This document shows positions 38,067 to 51,689 of a stretch of DNA of 62,210 nucleotides, in pieces. Below the pieces are notes generated by a model, which worked only from the letters and a program-made list of their open reading frames with translations, was not told where the DNA came from and made no database searches. A program made the position numbers and the translations under genes. Position 1 is the first letter of the stretch, and each line of letters opens with the position of its first letter. Location of the stretch: the NCBI GenBank assembly GCA_013265495.1, contig MU058669.1:1621880-1684089 (forward strand). The letters run 5' to 3'. The DNA is from Vicugna vicugna (lineage: Eukaryota).

Positions 38067-40377
38067 AGAAGATGGCGGAGTGGTAGGATCACAAGCTCAC
38101 CTCTCCTTGCAACTACAATGAAACCACAACTGAATGCTAAACAACTATCAAAAAAAAATGAATAAAAAGACCAGAACCTAGCAAAAAACATCTTCTGCAA
38201 CTGGAAATATAAAGAGGGAACCACAGCAGGACGGTAGGAGGGACACGCTTGCTATATAATTGGGCCCTATACCCCCCGGGGTGGGTGACCCACAAGCTGC
38301 AGAATAACTAAGTCGCAGAGGCCCTCCCACAGGCGTGGGAGTTCTGGGCCCCATGTCAGGCTCCCCAGCGGGGGTTTCCAGCATTGGGAGGAAGAAGAGA
38401 CCCCAGGGCATCTGGTTTTGAAGGCCAGCAGGGCTTGGCTCCAGGAGACCCATGGAACTGGTGGAAGCAGAGACTTCATTCTCTTGGGAAGCATGCACAG
38501 AATCTCACATGCACTAGGTCCAAGGGCAGAGGCAATAATTTCATAAGAATCTGGCCAGACATGCCTGCTTGTTTTGGAAGGTCTTGTGGGGACCTAGGTG
38601 ATGGCTGCAGCTCACCCAGGGGACATGAAAACTGGTGGCAGCCATTCTGGGAGTGTTCATCTACATGAGCTTTCCTGAAGGCTGACATGTTGATTGGATC
38701 ATTAGCACCAAGACCAAGCCCAAGCCCAACCCAACAACCTATAGGGAAGCCTCAGGCCAAACAACATACTGGGTGGGACTGTGTCCCACCCACCAGCAGA
38801 TTTCCTAAGCCACAAAGCCTCTAGACACAGCCTTACCCACCAGAGGTCCAGGACCAAGCTTCACCCAGCAATGGGTAGGGCCCAGCTCCTCCTGCCAGGA
38901 ACTCTGCATAAGCCTCTAGTTCAGCCTTATCCATCAGGGGCAGATACCAGAAATAAGCAAACAACAATCCCAAAGCCTGTGGAAGGAATCCACAAACACA
39001 GGCCAGATTTTACACTGGGACTGGCTGGACCCCGGCCCTTGGGTGACAAATGAGGAGTGTACTACTAGGACGCATAGAATGTCTCCCACAGAGGGTCACC
39101 TCTCTAAGGTTGAGAAACGTAACCTACCTACCTAAAAATACAAATAGGAAGATAAACAATATGAGGTGGCAGAGGAGTATCTCCCAGGCCAAGGCACAAG
39201 ACAGAATTCCAGAAGAAATCAGTGATAAGGAGATGGGCAATTTATCTGAAAGTTTAAAGTAATGATGGCAAAGATGTTCAGAGAACTCAAGAGGAGTATA
39301 GATGCACAGAGTGAAGTTTTTAGCGAAGAGTTGGAAAATATAAAGAATACACAAACAGAGATGAAGAACAGAATCAATGAAATGAGTAACACACTAGAAG
39401 GAAACAAGAATAGACTACATGTGGCAGAAGAACGGATCAGTGAGCTAGAAGACAGATTAGTGGAAATTTCTACTCCAGAACAGAAAAAAGAAAAAAGAAT
39501 AAAAAGAAACGAGGATAGTTTAAGAGAACTCTGGGATAACATGAAGTGTACTAACATTTGCACCATAGAGGTCATAGAAAGAGAAGAGAGAGAGGAAGGA
39601 CCTGGAACATTTTTGGAGAGATAATAACCAAAAACTTCCCCAACCTGGGGAAAGGAAACAGTCACCCAAGTCCAGAAATAGACTTATCTTATGATCCAGC
39701 AATCCCATTCCTGGGCATATATCTAGAGGGAACTCTAGTTCGAAAAGATATATGCACTCCAATATTCAGAGCAACACTATTTACAACAGCCAACACAGGA
39801 AAACACCCTAAATGTCCATTGACAGATGACTGGACAAAGTAGTGGTATATTTATACAATGGAATAGTATTCAGCCATAAAAAAGAATAAAATACTGCCAT
39901 TTGCAGCAATATGGATGGACTTGGAGATGGTCATTCTAAGTGAATGAAGTAAGCCAAAAAAAGAAGAAAAAAAGAAAAATACCTTATGATATTACCTATG
40001 TGTGAAATCCAGAAAAAAAGTGACACAAATGAACTGATTTACAAAATAGACTCATAGAAATAGAAAACAAACTTATGGTTACCAGGGGGGAATGTGGGTG
40101 GGAAGGGATAAACTGCAAGTTCAAGATTTGCAGATACAAGCTACTAATGTAAAATAAACAAATTTCTTCTGTATAGCACAGGGAACTATATTCAATATCT
40201 TGTAGCAACCTATAATGAAAGAGTATGAAAACGAATATATGTATGTATATATATGCCTGAAACATTATGCTGTACACCAGAAATGGACATGCCATTGTAA
40301 ACTGACTATACTTCAACTATATATATATATATATGTATATACACACACACACACACACACACATATATAATTAAAAT
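38067..40377 (+). mobile_element. Internally deleted L1: 5' UTR + ORF1 N-terminal half fused to the ORF2 C-terminus and 3' UTR
   Basis: YY1-type AAGATGGCGG start (38069-38078), GC-richer 5' UTR, and ORF1p coiled coil (AEERISELEDRLVEI...NEDSLRELWDNMKCTNI). Junction GTCCAG|AAATAGACTTATCTTATGATCCAGC at 39675/39676 leads into DLSYDPAIPFLGIY, then the 3' UTR and a (TA)n(CA)n tail. Confidence 0.85.
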
Positions 40378-40392
40378 AAACAATAGGACAAA

Positions 40393-41150
40393 TTAAAGAA
40401 AAGAAAAGAAAAATACTGACACCACCAAGTACTGGTAGGGATACATAACAGCTAGAATCCTCAGATATGACTAGTGGCATGCAAAATGATATACCTACTC
40501 TGGAAATCCATTTTGCAGTTCCTGATTAAGGTAAGCACACACTTACCATATGCCCCAGAAACCCCAGTTCTGAGCATTTACCTGTGAGATATGAAAACTG
40601 ACATTCACACAAAAACCTGTGCACAAATGTTTACAGCCGTTCTGTTTATAATCACGTAAGAATAGAAACAACCTCAGTGTCTTTCAATAACTGGATAAAT
40701 TGTAGTTTATCCATACAAAGGACAACTAACTCAACTAAACCCAAGACAAAACACCAGTGTAACACAAATAACAAAACTCTTGATATACTTAACAAATTGG
40801 ATAAATCTCCAAAGGCTTTATGCTGAGTAAAAGAGGCCGGTCTCGAAAATGTACACTGTGTATCCTTCCGTTTGTACTACAGCAGTCCCCTAAAGACAAA
40901 CTGTAGCGACACAGAACAGATCAATGGTTGCCAGGGGTTAGGGGTGAGGAAGGGAATGAATACAAAAGGATACTATGTCGGAGTTTCATGGGGTAATAGA
41001 ACTGCTCTATATCCTGACTCTGTCAGTAATTACATGAATATATATATATATACACACACACATATATATACATATATATATAGATTCACAGAACTATACA
41101 CATATAAAAAGTCATTTTTAAGGTAAGTAAAAAATTAAACTAAAACATAA
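40393..41150 (+). mobile_element. Old L1M (L1MC/ME-like) 3' end
   Basis: ACTGACACCACCAAGTACTGG...CTTACCATATGCCCCAG...AGATCAATGGTTGCCAGGGGTTAGGG. Confidence 0.8.
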
Positions 41151-41919
41151 AAAATAGAACATACTGATAAGCTAAGAAATATCAAATATAGAAACCTAAC
41201 ACTAGCTTCTCCCACTTACCTGTGTACCTCTCTCCCTCGCAAAAAACAAAAACTTTAACGTATTATTCCCGCTGAAATGCTAGACTTTTATTTGCTTATT
41301 TAATGAATCCCTAAGTAGCACTGAGTACGTGAAGAGGAAGGAGCTGGAGGAACGTTTAGAAAGAAAAAGTTCTATGGAAAAAGTGAATATTAACTGAATA
41401 CTGAGAAACGTAATTTTAGTGAGAAGAGATGGAGGGAAAAACTTAGATATCTCGCCGTTTGAAGACAGAAAATAACCTGCCTCATTTGAGGAAGGTCCAG
41501 TTTGTTTCGAACCTGGAATAGAGATGATTTGGAGAAATGAGCAAAATCTTAGACTGGGGACTGGTCATGCAAAACTTGAGTGCCAGGTAAAGGAGTTTGT
41601 GCTTTATTTATATCCTACCTACCTGTCAATGAAGATGCTTTCATTTCCAATCCCTTGCCTTTACAATGTGGATCTTATTTAAAGGAGATTTTGTATCATT
41701 AAAGCCATTACAAGATGGATTATCACTGATTTACCATAAGAACTTTGGCAAATTAACTTTAGCATCTGCTTTTTCCATGTACAACATACAAGAAATTATG
41801 CCAGCCTTTCCTATTTTGTGAAGCTTAATGAACCTGAATAATGTGAAAGGAATTTTTAAAGAGTAATGTATGTAAAGCATTTTATATAATTGTGTCCTTA
41901 GGGTTAGCAACATTAGGGC

Positions 41920-42066
41920 AACCAGAAAAATTTATTTAAAATGCCAATTCTTACATCCCACCCTAGACTTACTGAAACAGAAACACTGTGGATGACAGGC
42001 AGCATTATGCATTTAACAAGCCCTCTTGGTTATTCTGAGGCATGCTAAAGCTTGAGAACAACTGAC
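41920..42066. mobile_element. MER5A hAT MITE
   Basis: CCCACCCTAGACTTACTGAAACAGAAAC...TTTAACAAGCCCTC..GGTTATTCTGAGGCATGCTAAAGCTTGAGAACAACTG. Confidence 0.75.
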
Positions 42067-42077
42067 ATGAAACTTTA

Positions 42078-43310
42078 TACAGTGTAGGAGGGTTCCCTTT
42101 ACTCCACACCCTCTCCAGCATTTATCATTTGTGGACTTTTTAATGATGGCCATTCTGACTGGTGTAAGGTAATACTTCATTATAGTTTTGATTTACATTT
42201 CTCTAAAAATAAATGATGTTGAGCATCTTTTCATGTGCATGTTGGCCATCTGTATGTATTATTTGGAGAAATATCTATTTAGATAGTCTCCTCATTTTTT
42301 GATTGGGTTTTTTTTATATTGATCTGTATAAGCTGTTTGTATATTTTGGAAATTAAGCCCTTGATCGCATTGTTTGTAAATGGTTTCTCCCAGCTCATAG
42401 GTTGTCTTTTCATTTTGTTTATGGTTTCCTTTGCTGTGTAAAAACTTTAACGTTTAGTTAGGTCCAATTTGTTTAATTTTGCTTTTGTTTCCATTACTCT
42501 AGGAGACATATACAAAAAAAATACTGTTGCAATTTCTGTCACAGAGTGTCTGTCTACATTTTCCTCTAGGAGTTGTAAAATCTGATCTTACATTTATACA
42601 TTGGTGCAGCCACTATGGAAAAGAGTATGGAGGTTCCTTAAAAAACTAAAAATAGAGTTATCAGCAATCCCTCTTCTGAGCATGTTATCTGGAAAAGATG
42701 AAAACTAGTTTGAAAAGATACATGCACCTCAATGTTCATAGCAGCACTATTTAAACTAGCTGAGATATGGAAGCAACCTAAATGTCTATCAACAGATGAA
42801 CAGATAAAGAAGATGTGGTGTTTATATACAATGGAGTATCACTCAGCCAAGAAAAAACGAAATAATGTCATTTGCAGCAACACAGTATGATAATCTCTAG
42901 GTCCATCTAAGTGAAGTAAATCAGACAGAGAAAGAGAAATATCATATGACACACTTATACACATAATCTAAAAAATGACACAAATGAATTTATTTACGAA
43001 ACAGAAATAGACCCATAAAAATAGAAAATAAATCTATGGTCAATAAAGGGGAAGAGGGGGAAGGATAAATTGGGAATTTGGGATGAACAGATATACACTA
43101 TTACATATAAAATAAACAAAGACCTACTGTAGAGCACAGAAAACTATATTCAACATCTTGTAATAACTTATAATAAAAAAGAATCTGAAAAAGAAACTAT
43201 GTGTGTGTATATATATATATATATAAGCATAACTGAATCACTTTGTTCTACACCTGAAACACTGTAAATCAACTATACATCAATAAAAAAAGTTTTTAAT
43301 AAAAAATAAA
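42078..43310 (+). mobile_element. L1 with 5' inversion (antisense ~42078-42598, sense ~42599-43310)
   Basis: The antisense part starts at CAGTGTAGGAGGGTTCCCTTT (reverse complement of AAAGGGAACCCTCCTACACTG). The sense part starts ATTGGTGCAGCCACTATGG, the next L1 sequence downstream of that point. Ends in AATAAA and an A-tail. Confidence 0.88.
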
Positions 43311-46300
43311 AGGCAAAATTCACCATCTTTAAATTTTCAAAAAATATACATACTCAAGTGCTATGAAACTCAAAATATGCATGCCTCAATCCACTCTGAA
43401 CATAACAATTTGATGAAGGGACAATATCTTATATGAAGTCAGAAAATGAGGTATGTTTCATTGGCATTTTGCTTTTCACAACTTAAGAAGCTATCAACGG
43501 CTGACTTTCCTAGAGGAATAATTACTTTCAGAAATATTCATCACTCTATATCAGAAAGTCCAGGAAAGATTTCTTCGAGGGAAAGCAAATAGGTAGGAAT
43601 TTTTCTTCACTGATTTGTATTTTGATAAAGCAATTTTGCTTGAGAGAATTGATGTCAGCACACTGACCTGCAGTCACAATAAATTTGTGTCAATTTACTC
43701 AATGAATCATCTCTCTAATGTCAACAGTTTCCCCTATATCCAAGTGCTCTTATGCATTATAAATCCCTGCTGTAAAAAAGATAAACAATAAAGACATTAC
43801 AGTAGGAGGACAGAGCATAAATGACAAGATAGTGAGGATGCTCTTCTGTCATTACAAAAAAAAACAAACCCAAAATACATTTCTGTGTAACATATTTCAC
43901 CATGAGATATCATCAGAATAAATAATTGAAATAAATTGTATAGCGCTTCACTCAACAATTAGAAAACAGTGAATTATTAATGTCTTTTAATCTGTATCAT
44001 CTTTCACTGACTCAGATCTTATTTTTCTATGGTTTGCTTGGTTCACATTATCACCATTATCATCACCATGAGTATCAGTTCTGTCCCTGAATCTGAGATG
44101 TCCCTGTAGGCCAATCCTATCAGGATCAGCTCTGGGAAACATTTAAAATTAGAAAGCACTGGTCTTTGAACTCAGCTTCCATCGGGTATAAGAAAAACAA
44201 CAGGTGGAGTGTCTACTGACCAAGATCCAAGTTTATCCATGGGCTGGCTATGTGCCTTTAACTACATCCCTGAGCTTCAGTTTTCTATCTATGTAATAGT
44301 AGAGCAGCTAATAACTTCTGTAGAAAGAGATCTCATGATATCCTTTCTATAACCCTTTGTTTCCCTTTAATGCTCCCCTCACTGTTTTCCACAAAGCATT
44401 CAATTCCCCATTCTGCCCACATTAATCCTGTTTCCAGAAGAAATAAACCTGATAAACTCTTACTGTTTAATCCAAGGGTCACAAATTCAAATGCATGCAG
44501 GTTAATATACCTATCATAATTCTTGCTAGTTATGCAAAAATGTCTGCTAAGCAGCTTGTCCTGCAACCAAAGCAAAACACTATCTAGGTATGTTGCCTAT
44601 GAAAACCTATAAAAGAATATATGTAACAAAATGCTCAGACAAAACACCTGTACTTGTTGTGAAACTCTGAAGACACCAGTTTTCATTCTTTGGTTTAATC
44701 CTTGAGTACTTCATACCCTAGTGCCTGACAAACTAAGCCCCTTTCTTCTCTTTTACAATCGAAATATAAGATTACCAGACAGGTAAAGTGATGTTTGGCC
44801 ATGACTGATTACTAATTATTTAAACATGATCTACTTATCAAAGACCTTCTCAAATTCCATTTTCTGTATCTAAAAACGTTTTCCTACCATAATATATGAC
44901 CTATTTCTTTGGTTTACATTACTATAATACTTTCTGTACCTCTGGGTAAAGGGATCAGCTTAGTCCACCTTGTAGCGCAAGTGTAATAGGTAATAACGCA
45001 TTTGTTACACCTTACGTCATTTTATATTTTGATGCCAGAGAGCGTATTTTTTGTTCCTTAGCTCCAACATAATTCAGAATTGCCTGGGATATTTCTAAAT
45101 CGGCCCCAAAAAAGAGAGGTCTAAAGTTGGACTTTTATCCACTGAATTAAAATACCCATACATACGTGACTATTTTTGCCAAACATAAGCACTGACCACA
45201 GTCACCCCCACTGTAACAGACTCCCACTCACACATATCCATGAAGTAAACATCCTTGTGCCCTACAGATTTAGTATTCTTTACCATTTAGATTTTACTAT
45301 AAAAAAAAAAGGCAGACATGAGATAGAAAAAAGGCTGCCTGGGTGGAGAGACTAAGGAGAAAGCAAAACAGAAAACTTTTCAAACTCTCTAGAATACTGA
45401 GTCAATTCTAAAATGTTTTTCCTTTCTTAAAACCTTATTTACTACAAGTTGTTGTCAGGCTGTGATTCAACACATTGATCGCTAACTCCTCCCTGGTAAC
45501 AAGACTAGCAATCAGTCCTCTTGGAGGAAGTCTGATTGCCCCCATTGTGAAGGCCTAAACATTCCAGATGGCTTTGCACAAATCCTTGGTACTTGTCCAG
45601 TTCCCTGGACAGCTCCACTTATTCATCCATAATAGCCTGTGTACAAGTCCTCCCCAGAAGTATTATTATGCATTCTTTGTCTAGCAGTTGTCACAATCCT
45701 AAGTATATATTTTTCTCTTCCACTGAGAGATACAGTGGAATTTTCAGACGCAGCATCCAACAATTCATGTGCATTAGACTTCTCTCTGAGCCGTCACAAA
45801 GCTTTACAGCAAGTTCTTTGATGAAGCACATAAGTCAACGACAAAAAAAAAAAATTTCATCCAAATCTCAAGAAAACCTTAAACCTGGCATCTTTTCTGC
45901 CTAGTGACTGAGAATTTTTATGAGTCATTATTACTGGGTTTTTTTCTTTAAGTATCATCACCATTATAAGGTGTCATCATAGAAGAGAAAAAAGAGAAAG
46001 AAAAACATCTCAAAACTATCATTGGCAAGGCTTAAGATTTTAGATTAGGAAAGAACTGTTAGAGTTTTAATGAAAATAAGTGTTCTGCTGATGACTGATT
46101 TGTTTTAATAGGGGAAAAATAGTTCCAGAAACCATAGTTACAGATAGAATGTCAGCATCTCATTGTCAGATCACAAAGGCTTAGCCCTCCAGTCACTCCC
46201 AAGAAAGTCAGGCCCAGTAAGGTCAATGAGACTCTATCCCCCTCTAGTGTCTCTAGTATTAGAAGGGAATCTGTTTCCCTGCTGGCCTCTACAAATCAAT

Positions 46301-46924
46301 TTTTTCAAGGATCCTTAGAAAAGAATCCATTTGCATTGTACTTCACATTCAAAGTGTTAATAAAGAATCTTGATAAGTCCTCAAATATTTTCCTAAATCC
46401 AATCTAAAGTTGCTCACAGCAAAAATAATAGCAAGGATTTCCTCCCATAACCAACCATCATATTTGCATATAGTCAAGGAGTTCAGATGGAACAGAAGAT
46501 CTGTTAGTCATTCTAAAATTGTGTCCATCGGTTAATAACACATGATGTGTAATTATAAATAATGCCTCTCACCTAGTCACTTTGTTCATAAATGTGATTA
46601 AAAGATAGTATGTTTTAGCCCTGATGCTATTACTAGTATGATATATAACACTAAATAAATGATGCCTTCTCCCTGCAAAAATCTACTCTTTACAGTGACA
46701 GGTCTAAACAAGTCGATCCCAAGAATTCTAGAATTCTGTGAAATAGCACAGTTCCTCGTCAATTCATTTTAGGACTCTAATCCTCAGTTTCTTCACTTAG
46801 GCAGATAACAAAATTTATCTTCTCTATCGCACAGATCAAAGGCAGATTATTAACATAAAATTCTAAATTATTTCATCTAGACAACTCCATTATATTTTCC
46901 TCTGGCAAAGGTACATGTCATCAA

Positions 46925-47140
46925 GAGCCAAGAAGTGCAGGTACTCTGGAATTAGACTGGATTCAAAACTCACCATCATTACTTATAAGCTATGCTAGTT
47001 CAAGGAAGTTACTTACAATCTCTTGTAGTATAAATTTCCTCAGTTGCAAAATAAAAAGGAAAAGAAAAAGAGGAGGAGGAGGAGGAAAAAAGTGGTGTTC
47101 AAAGCATTAAATGAGAAATCTCTCCAAAGCACTCAAACAT
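46925..47140 (+). mobile_element. MIR SINE
   Basis: CTCTGGAATTAGACTGGATTCAAAA...ACTTATAAGCTATG...AAGTTACTTA...TTTCCTCA. Confidence 0.6.
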
Positions 47141-47989
47141 GATAATAATTATTAACTCTATAAATGATATCATCGCACGGTAGAAGTCAAGTCAAGAAAC
47201 TAGGCTACAACAATCAAAACTGTAACAGCAGCAACTACTTCTGCTGCACTGAGCTTCTGCCACGAACTGTGCTAAGTGCTTTACACACGTTGCGTCCTCC
47301 GTGTCCCACTTCACTTTATGATTAGAGAATACTCTCACATGCCTTCTCTCATTTGATTCTAGAAACAACCCAGCAATTATTTACTGAAGTTATTGTCATT
47401 CCTACTTTGCAGAGGCAGAAATATTCAGGCAGACTGCAGAGTAAGTTAGTAAAGATTAGACACAACCCCTGATTTTAAGTCTGGTATTCCCACCATCCGA
47501 CCTCACTGCCTCCCGCTGCGAAGACTCGCCAGGGGAGCCAGTGGCACAGACCTAATTACTGATGGGCACTGAAATGGAATGGTGCCCCATGGAGGAGGAA
47601 ATCAGACAGCTGAATGTCTTCTGAGTTCTCCTCCTGCCAAAAGTATATTCTGGCCAAGTAGTTATTTTATTCATCAAATGCCAGAGGGTTGAATTTTTAT
47701 GTAATCTCAGGACTGGGATAGCTGGCCAGAAGAAGGCAAATAAAAATTGCATGAAGTTTGGAGTCAGCTGGGGGTGGGTGGCAGGAGAGTCCCTGCTGAC
47801 TTGGCCTTTGCTGCATGAAAGAGAAAGCTGAACCTCAGCAAGCCTTATGTGCATCCTAGAGAAATTCATTTGACAAAAATGTAAACTTTCCATATGAAGG
47901 GAAATCCATGAGGCTGCAAAGGCCAGGGAAATTGACCACCCTTTTTTTTTTTAAAAGAAAGAAATAGTAACCCTCTTTTTCCCTTTGTT

Positions 47990-48400
47990 CATTTAAGATA
48001 TATTTAATGCCCACTTCATATCCAGACTTATGCCAGGCACTGGAAAGCTCATATAAAACACATCGTATCAAAGAATTCAATACATTAAGAACAAATACTG
48101 GGCTATGAAGAACAGAAGGAGATGGATCCACCTTCAAGGCACTCACACCTAAAAAGAAAGCAGACACGAATAACAAACTACAATACTACCAACACTGTAG
48201 TGCTAGGACTGTCAAAGGCAGACTCTGATTAGTACTATCACAGAACCTGTTACATATTATGAGAGGAAAAGGGTAGGAGAGAGAAATTCTGATGGGATAA
48301 TCATGGAAGGCTTTACAAAGGAGATGATATTTTAGGTAGATCAGTGTTAACATTTGAATATCAGTATTTCAGGGATAAAAATAAGACTCAGAAATGTGGA
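47990..48400 (-). mobile_element. L2 3' end
   Basis: TTCATTTAAGATATATTTAATGCCC...TGCCAGGCACTG...GGAAGGCTTTACAAAGGAGATGATATTT. Confidence 0.55.
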
Positions 48401-48554
48401 GGCATTCAAGGAAGGCTCAATAGTGGAGGCACTACTTCCACTCTAGAAATGGCACTTTTTCTTTAAGATAACATTTTATTGGAAGCTGGTGGAAGCAGTA
48501 GAGTGGGAAGAAAGTGATTACTGCTAATGTGATTCAGCTAAAGTGGAACAGCAA

Positions 48555-48770
48555 AGCATTTAAGAGCTGGCACTGGCAGTCAAGCACTCCCAACTTCAAA
48601 TATCAGCATCACCATTTTTGAGATTTGGGACCCTGATTAATTCAGTTAAAGTCTCTGAACCTCCATTCCCTTGACTGTAAGAGGGGATAATTCAACTAAC
48701 TTAGGGTTGATGAGAACATATTAGTAAGCTTGTTAATAGCATGTAAAGTATGAAAGCACATAGTGTTTAG
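48555..48770 (+). mobile_element. MIR SINE
   Basis: TTAAGAGCTGGCACTGGCAGTCA...TCTCTGAACCTCCATTCCCTTGACTGTAAGAGGGGATAA. Confidence 0.65.
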
Positions 48771-49239
48771 AGGAAGAGAAAGAAGATAGAATCCTGAGTG
48801 ATGTCCAGGAATTGTGCCCGGAAATAGTGGATGATTAGGTTTATGGGAATTAAAAAATGGATAAGAAAAAGAGAAATAACTCAATTGGAGTTGTTATTAT
48901 TTTACTTGATATTCAACCTTTTTGGGGAATGTTCCTTCCTTGCAGGCATAGGTTGTACGTCATTACAGCTTTTAAAGACCAGGTGGAGATGAACAATGGT
49001 TAAAAATCATTACAGCTTGCTGCTTATTTTGAGCTCTTTGACTGATAAGTTTGCCATTAGAACAAAAGCATACGGTCACTGTCCAAAAGCATGTGCATTT
49101 TCCTAAGGAGGCATGAATTTTAACTGGCCTTTGCCATCTGGAGAAGTAAGTTCTATCAGGGTGCCCTACAGAAGAAGCTCTGCATATAAAAAAAGTATGA
49201 AAGACTTAAAGGTGAAAATTTCAGTAAAGTGAAACTTTA

Positions 49240-50022
49240 TTGTTTCTCATGCTCTTCCCATTCCTGAAAAGCTTGGAATTATCCCTGACCCTTTACTTTC
49301 TCTCTTACCCATTTTACCAGAAAATGCCATCTGCTCTACTTATAAAATGTGTCCAAAATCTGACCCCTAATGCTATCACTTTAGGCCAAGCCACCATCCA
49401 TCTCTCACTGGACCCATGGCAGTGGTCTCTGAACTGGTCTCTCTTTTCCACTCTCATCTCCCTGGCAGTCTCTTTCCCATATAATAGCTAGACGGGTGTT
49501 TCAAAATCATATCAGATCGTGTCACTCCTTTGCTCAAATTCCCCCAAAGTCTTCTCACTCACTCAGTTAAAAGAAAAAAAGAAAAAGAAAAAAAGCCTGT
49601 ATGATCTAACCTCATTACCTCGTAAGTTCTCTCCTTCTTGCTTAGCCTTCTTTAGTTAATCTGGCTTCCTTGCTCTTACACAAACACACCAAGCACCCAC
49701 CTCAAGACTTTTATACCTCTCTCCTTTGCTGGACCACCCTTCTCTTAAGTCACATCATGGCTTACTAGCGCACCTTATTCAGGTTCCAATAAAATAGCCA
49801 TGTACTAAGATTCACTCTGAAAGAATAGCCAATTCCAACTATCACCCTCCTCCCATCTTGCTTTTTATTTCATAGCATTTATCACCATTTGATAAAGTAG
49901 ATAAATTCTTCTCCATTACCTGTTGCCCCCTTCTCCCTTTCATAAGGACTAACACTGTGCTTTGTTCTCTGCCATATCTTCAATGCCCATTGTTACACTC
50001 AGTACACAGTTTGGTTGAATAA
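49240..50022 (+). mobile_element. L2a-like 3' region
   Basis: CCAAGCCACCATCCATCTCTCACTGGA...TCAGATCGTGTCACTCCTTTGCTCAAA...TTGGTTGAATAAAT. Confidence 0.75.
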
Positions 50023-50956
50023 ATACCACCAGAGTCAGCTTTGGGAAATGAGATGTAGTAGACCCATCAATCATGTAATACAAAAATCCATTTTAAGACA
50101 TTGGTGTTCATTGACAACACTAAAATGAGATGCTAAAAAACTGAAATGTTTATTAATGCACAAACATCAATACTGAATGAAAGCCACAATATTAAATATA
50201 TCCTAAGTTACTAGATTGTACAGACTCTTGCTGCTTTTTATTAAATGTAGAAGAGGAATTCAAACCCCAAGCTGAAATCAAAAAAGTGAAACCAAGAGCT
50301 CCTAGTTTAAATAGCTATTTCATAAAAAATTTATTTTTCCTCATTAAAAGTAATGGTCAAAATTTACTGTCGAGTCATGTTGGAACTATTATACCCATTC
50401 ATCTACTTTATTTTGTTGAACAAATATATTAATCTTATGAGAGTCCTGCAAAGTGTGGACATGTAAAGCGGCAGACAGCCATACTCCTTTAAAATAGTTT
50501 CATATTTATCAAATGATTAGAAGGGAAAATGTGCAACTTGAACTCATGTTTCTACAGATAATATTGCTTTGACTAAAAGCAATGTAGATATTTGAGATTT
50601 TTAAAAGTGAGCCAAAAGAAAAATTATGAAGTAAATAATAGTAGAGGTGTTCCTTGAATGTGGCAAAAATGGTGAAAGTTGTTTATGAATTACTCAAGTT
50701 TGGAAAATGCTGACACACTGTATCTGACTTTAGCCTTGCAGAAACGCTTTGAAGAAGCTACCATTAATCCCATCTCTCCTTTCAGATAAAATACTGATAC
50801 TCAGAGAGATGAGGCAAACGACTCAAGGTCTCATAGCTAATGAATTACAGAACTGAGACTAAAATCGTGTTTCCCTGACCACGTGGTTGGTATCCTTTCC
50901 ACTCACCTAGCAGAATCCAAGGCCCCTTCCTTCTCAAAACCAACAAGGTATTACAC

Positions 50957-51300
50957 CAGGATTGCAGACTGGCAACCCATGACCTGGATCTGGCCCATGG
51001 AGGAGTTCTGTCTATCCCACATTCTATTTTTCATAAATTTGAACTTAAGAGCAACATTTTTTTTTTTACAAACCAAGAAATTCCACATTTAGAAATGTAT
51101 CTTTCTGAAAGATATATTTTTCAACTGAAAACTCCAGACAGTCAGACAACAAATGGTTGCACAAGCCATAGGTCAGCTGGATTTGAGTCCCATGGATGTG
51201 TACGTATTCTCTAGAGAGAGGTAGCGCCCCCAGATGGCCGGCTACAGTTTTAGTAACAGAATGGCTGTGAATACAGGCATTTTGAGCTTTGATACCATTG
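50957..51300 (+). mobile_element. MER102-like hAT-Charlie element
   Basis: Starts CCAGGATTGCAGACTGGCAACCCATG and ends CAGGCATTTTGAGCTTTGATACCATTG. Confidence 0.5.
51222..51239 (-). promoter_or_regulatory. Candidate CTCF site, reverse
   Basis: Reverse complement GGCCATCTGGGGGCGCTA differs at 2 positions from the consensus GGCCACCAGGGGGCGCTA. Confidence 0.55.
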
Positions 51301-51689
51301 GATTACAGAAGAGTTACTCTGTAATTAATGGGGTTCTGGTTCTTCTCCTCAAAGTTGAACAGAGGAACACTAGATACAATTCAATCAACTTAAATAACAG
51401 GACCACATGCCTAGCTCAGTACCTGAGGCAGAATCGGAACTAAATAATTACTGGTATACTTATCTCCAGTCTACTATGTTAGTCCCCTGCCTTATTGAAA
51501 GGGATGCTCTAGGAAAGACAGTATTTCCCAAACAGTGGTCCATTGATCACTTACTTCAAAATGACCTGGAAAGCTTACTAAAATAAGCATTTTCTTGGCC
51601 TCAGTTTGAGATGCATTTGGCTAAACCTTGCAAGATAGCTGGGCTTCATCCTTGGACCATCACTGGAGTCTGATTACTTCCAGCTGGAG

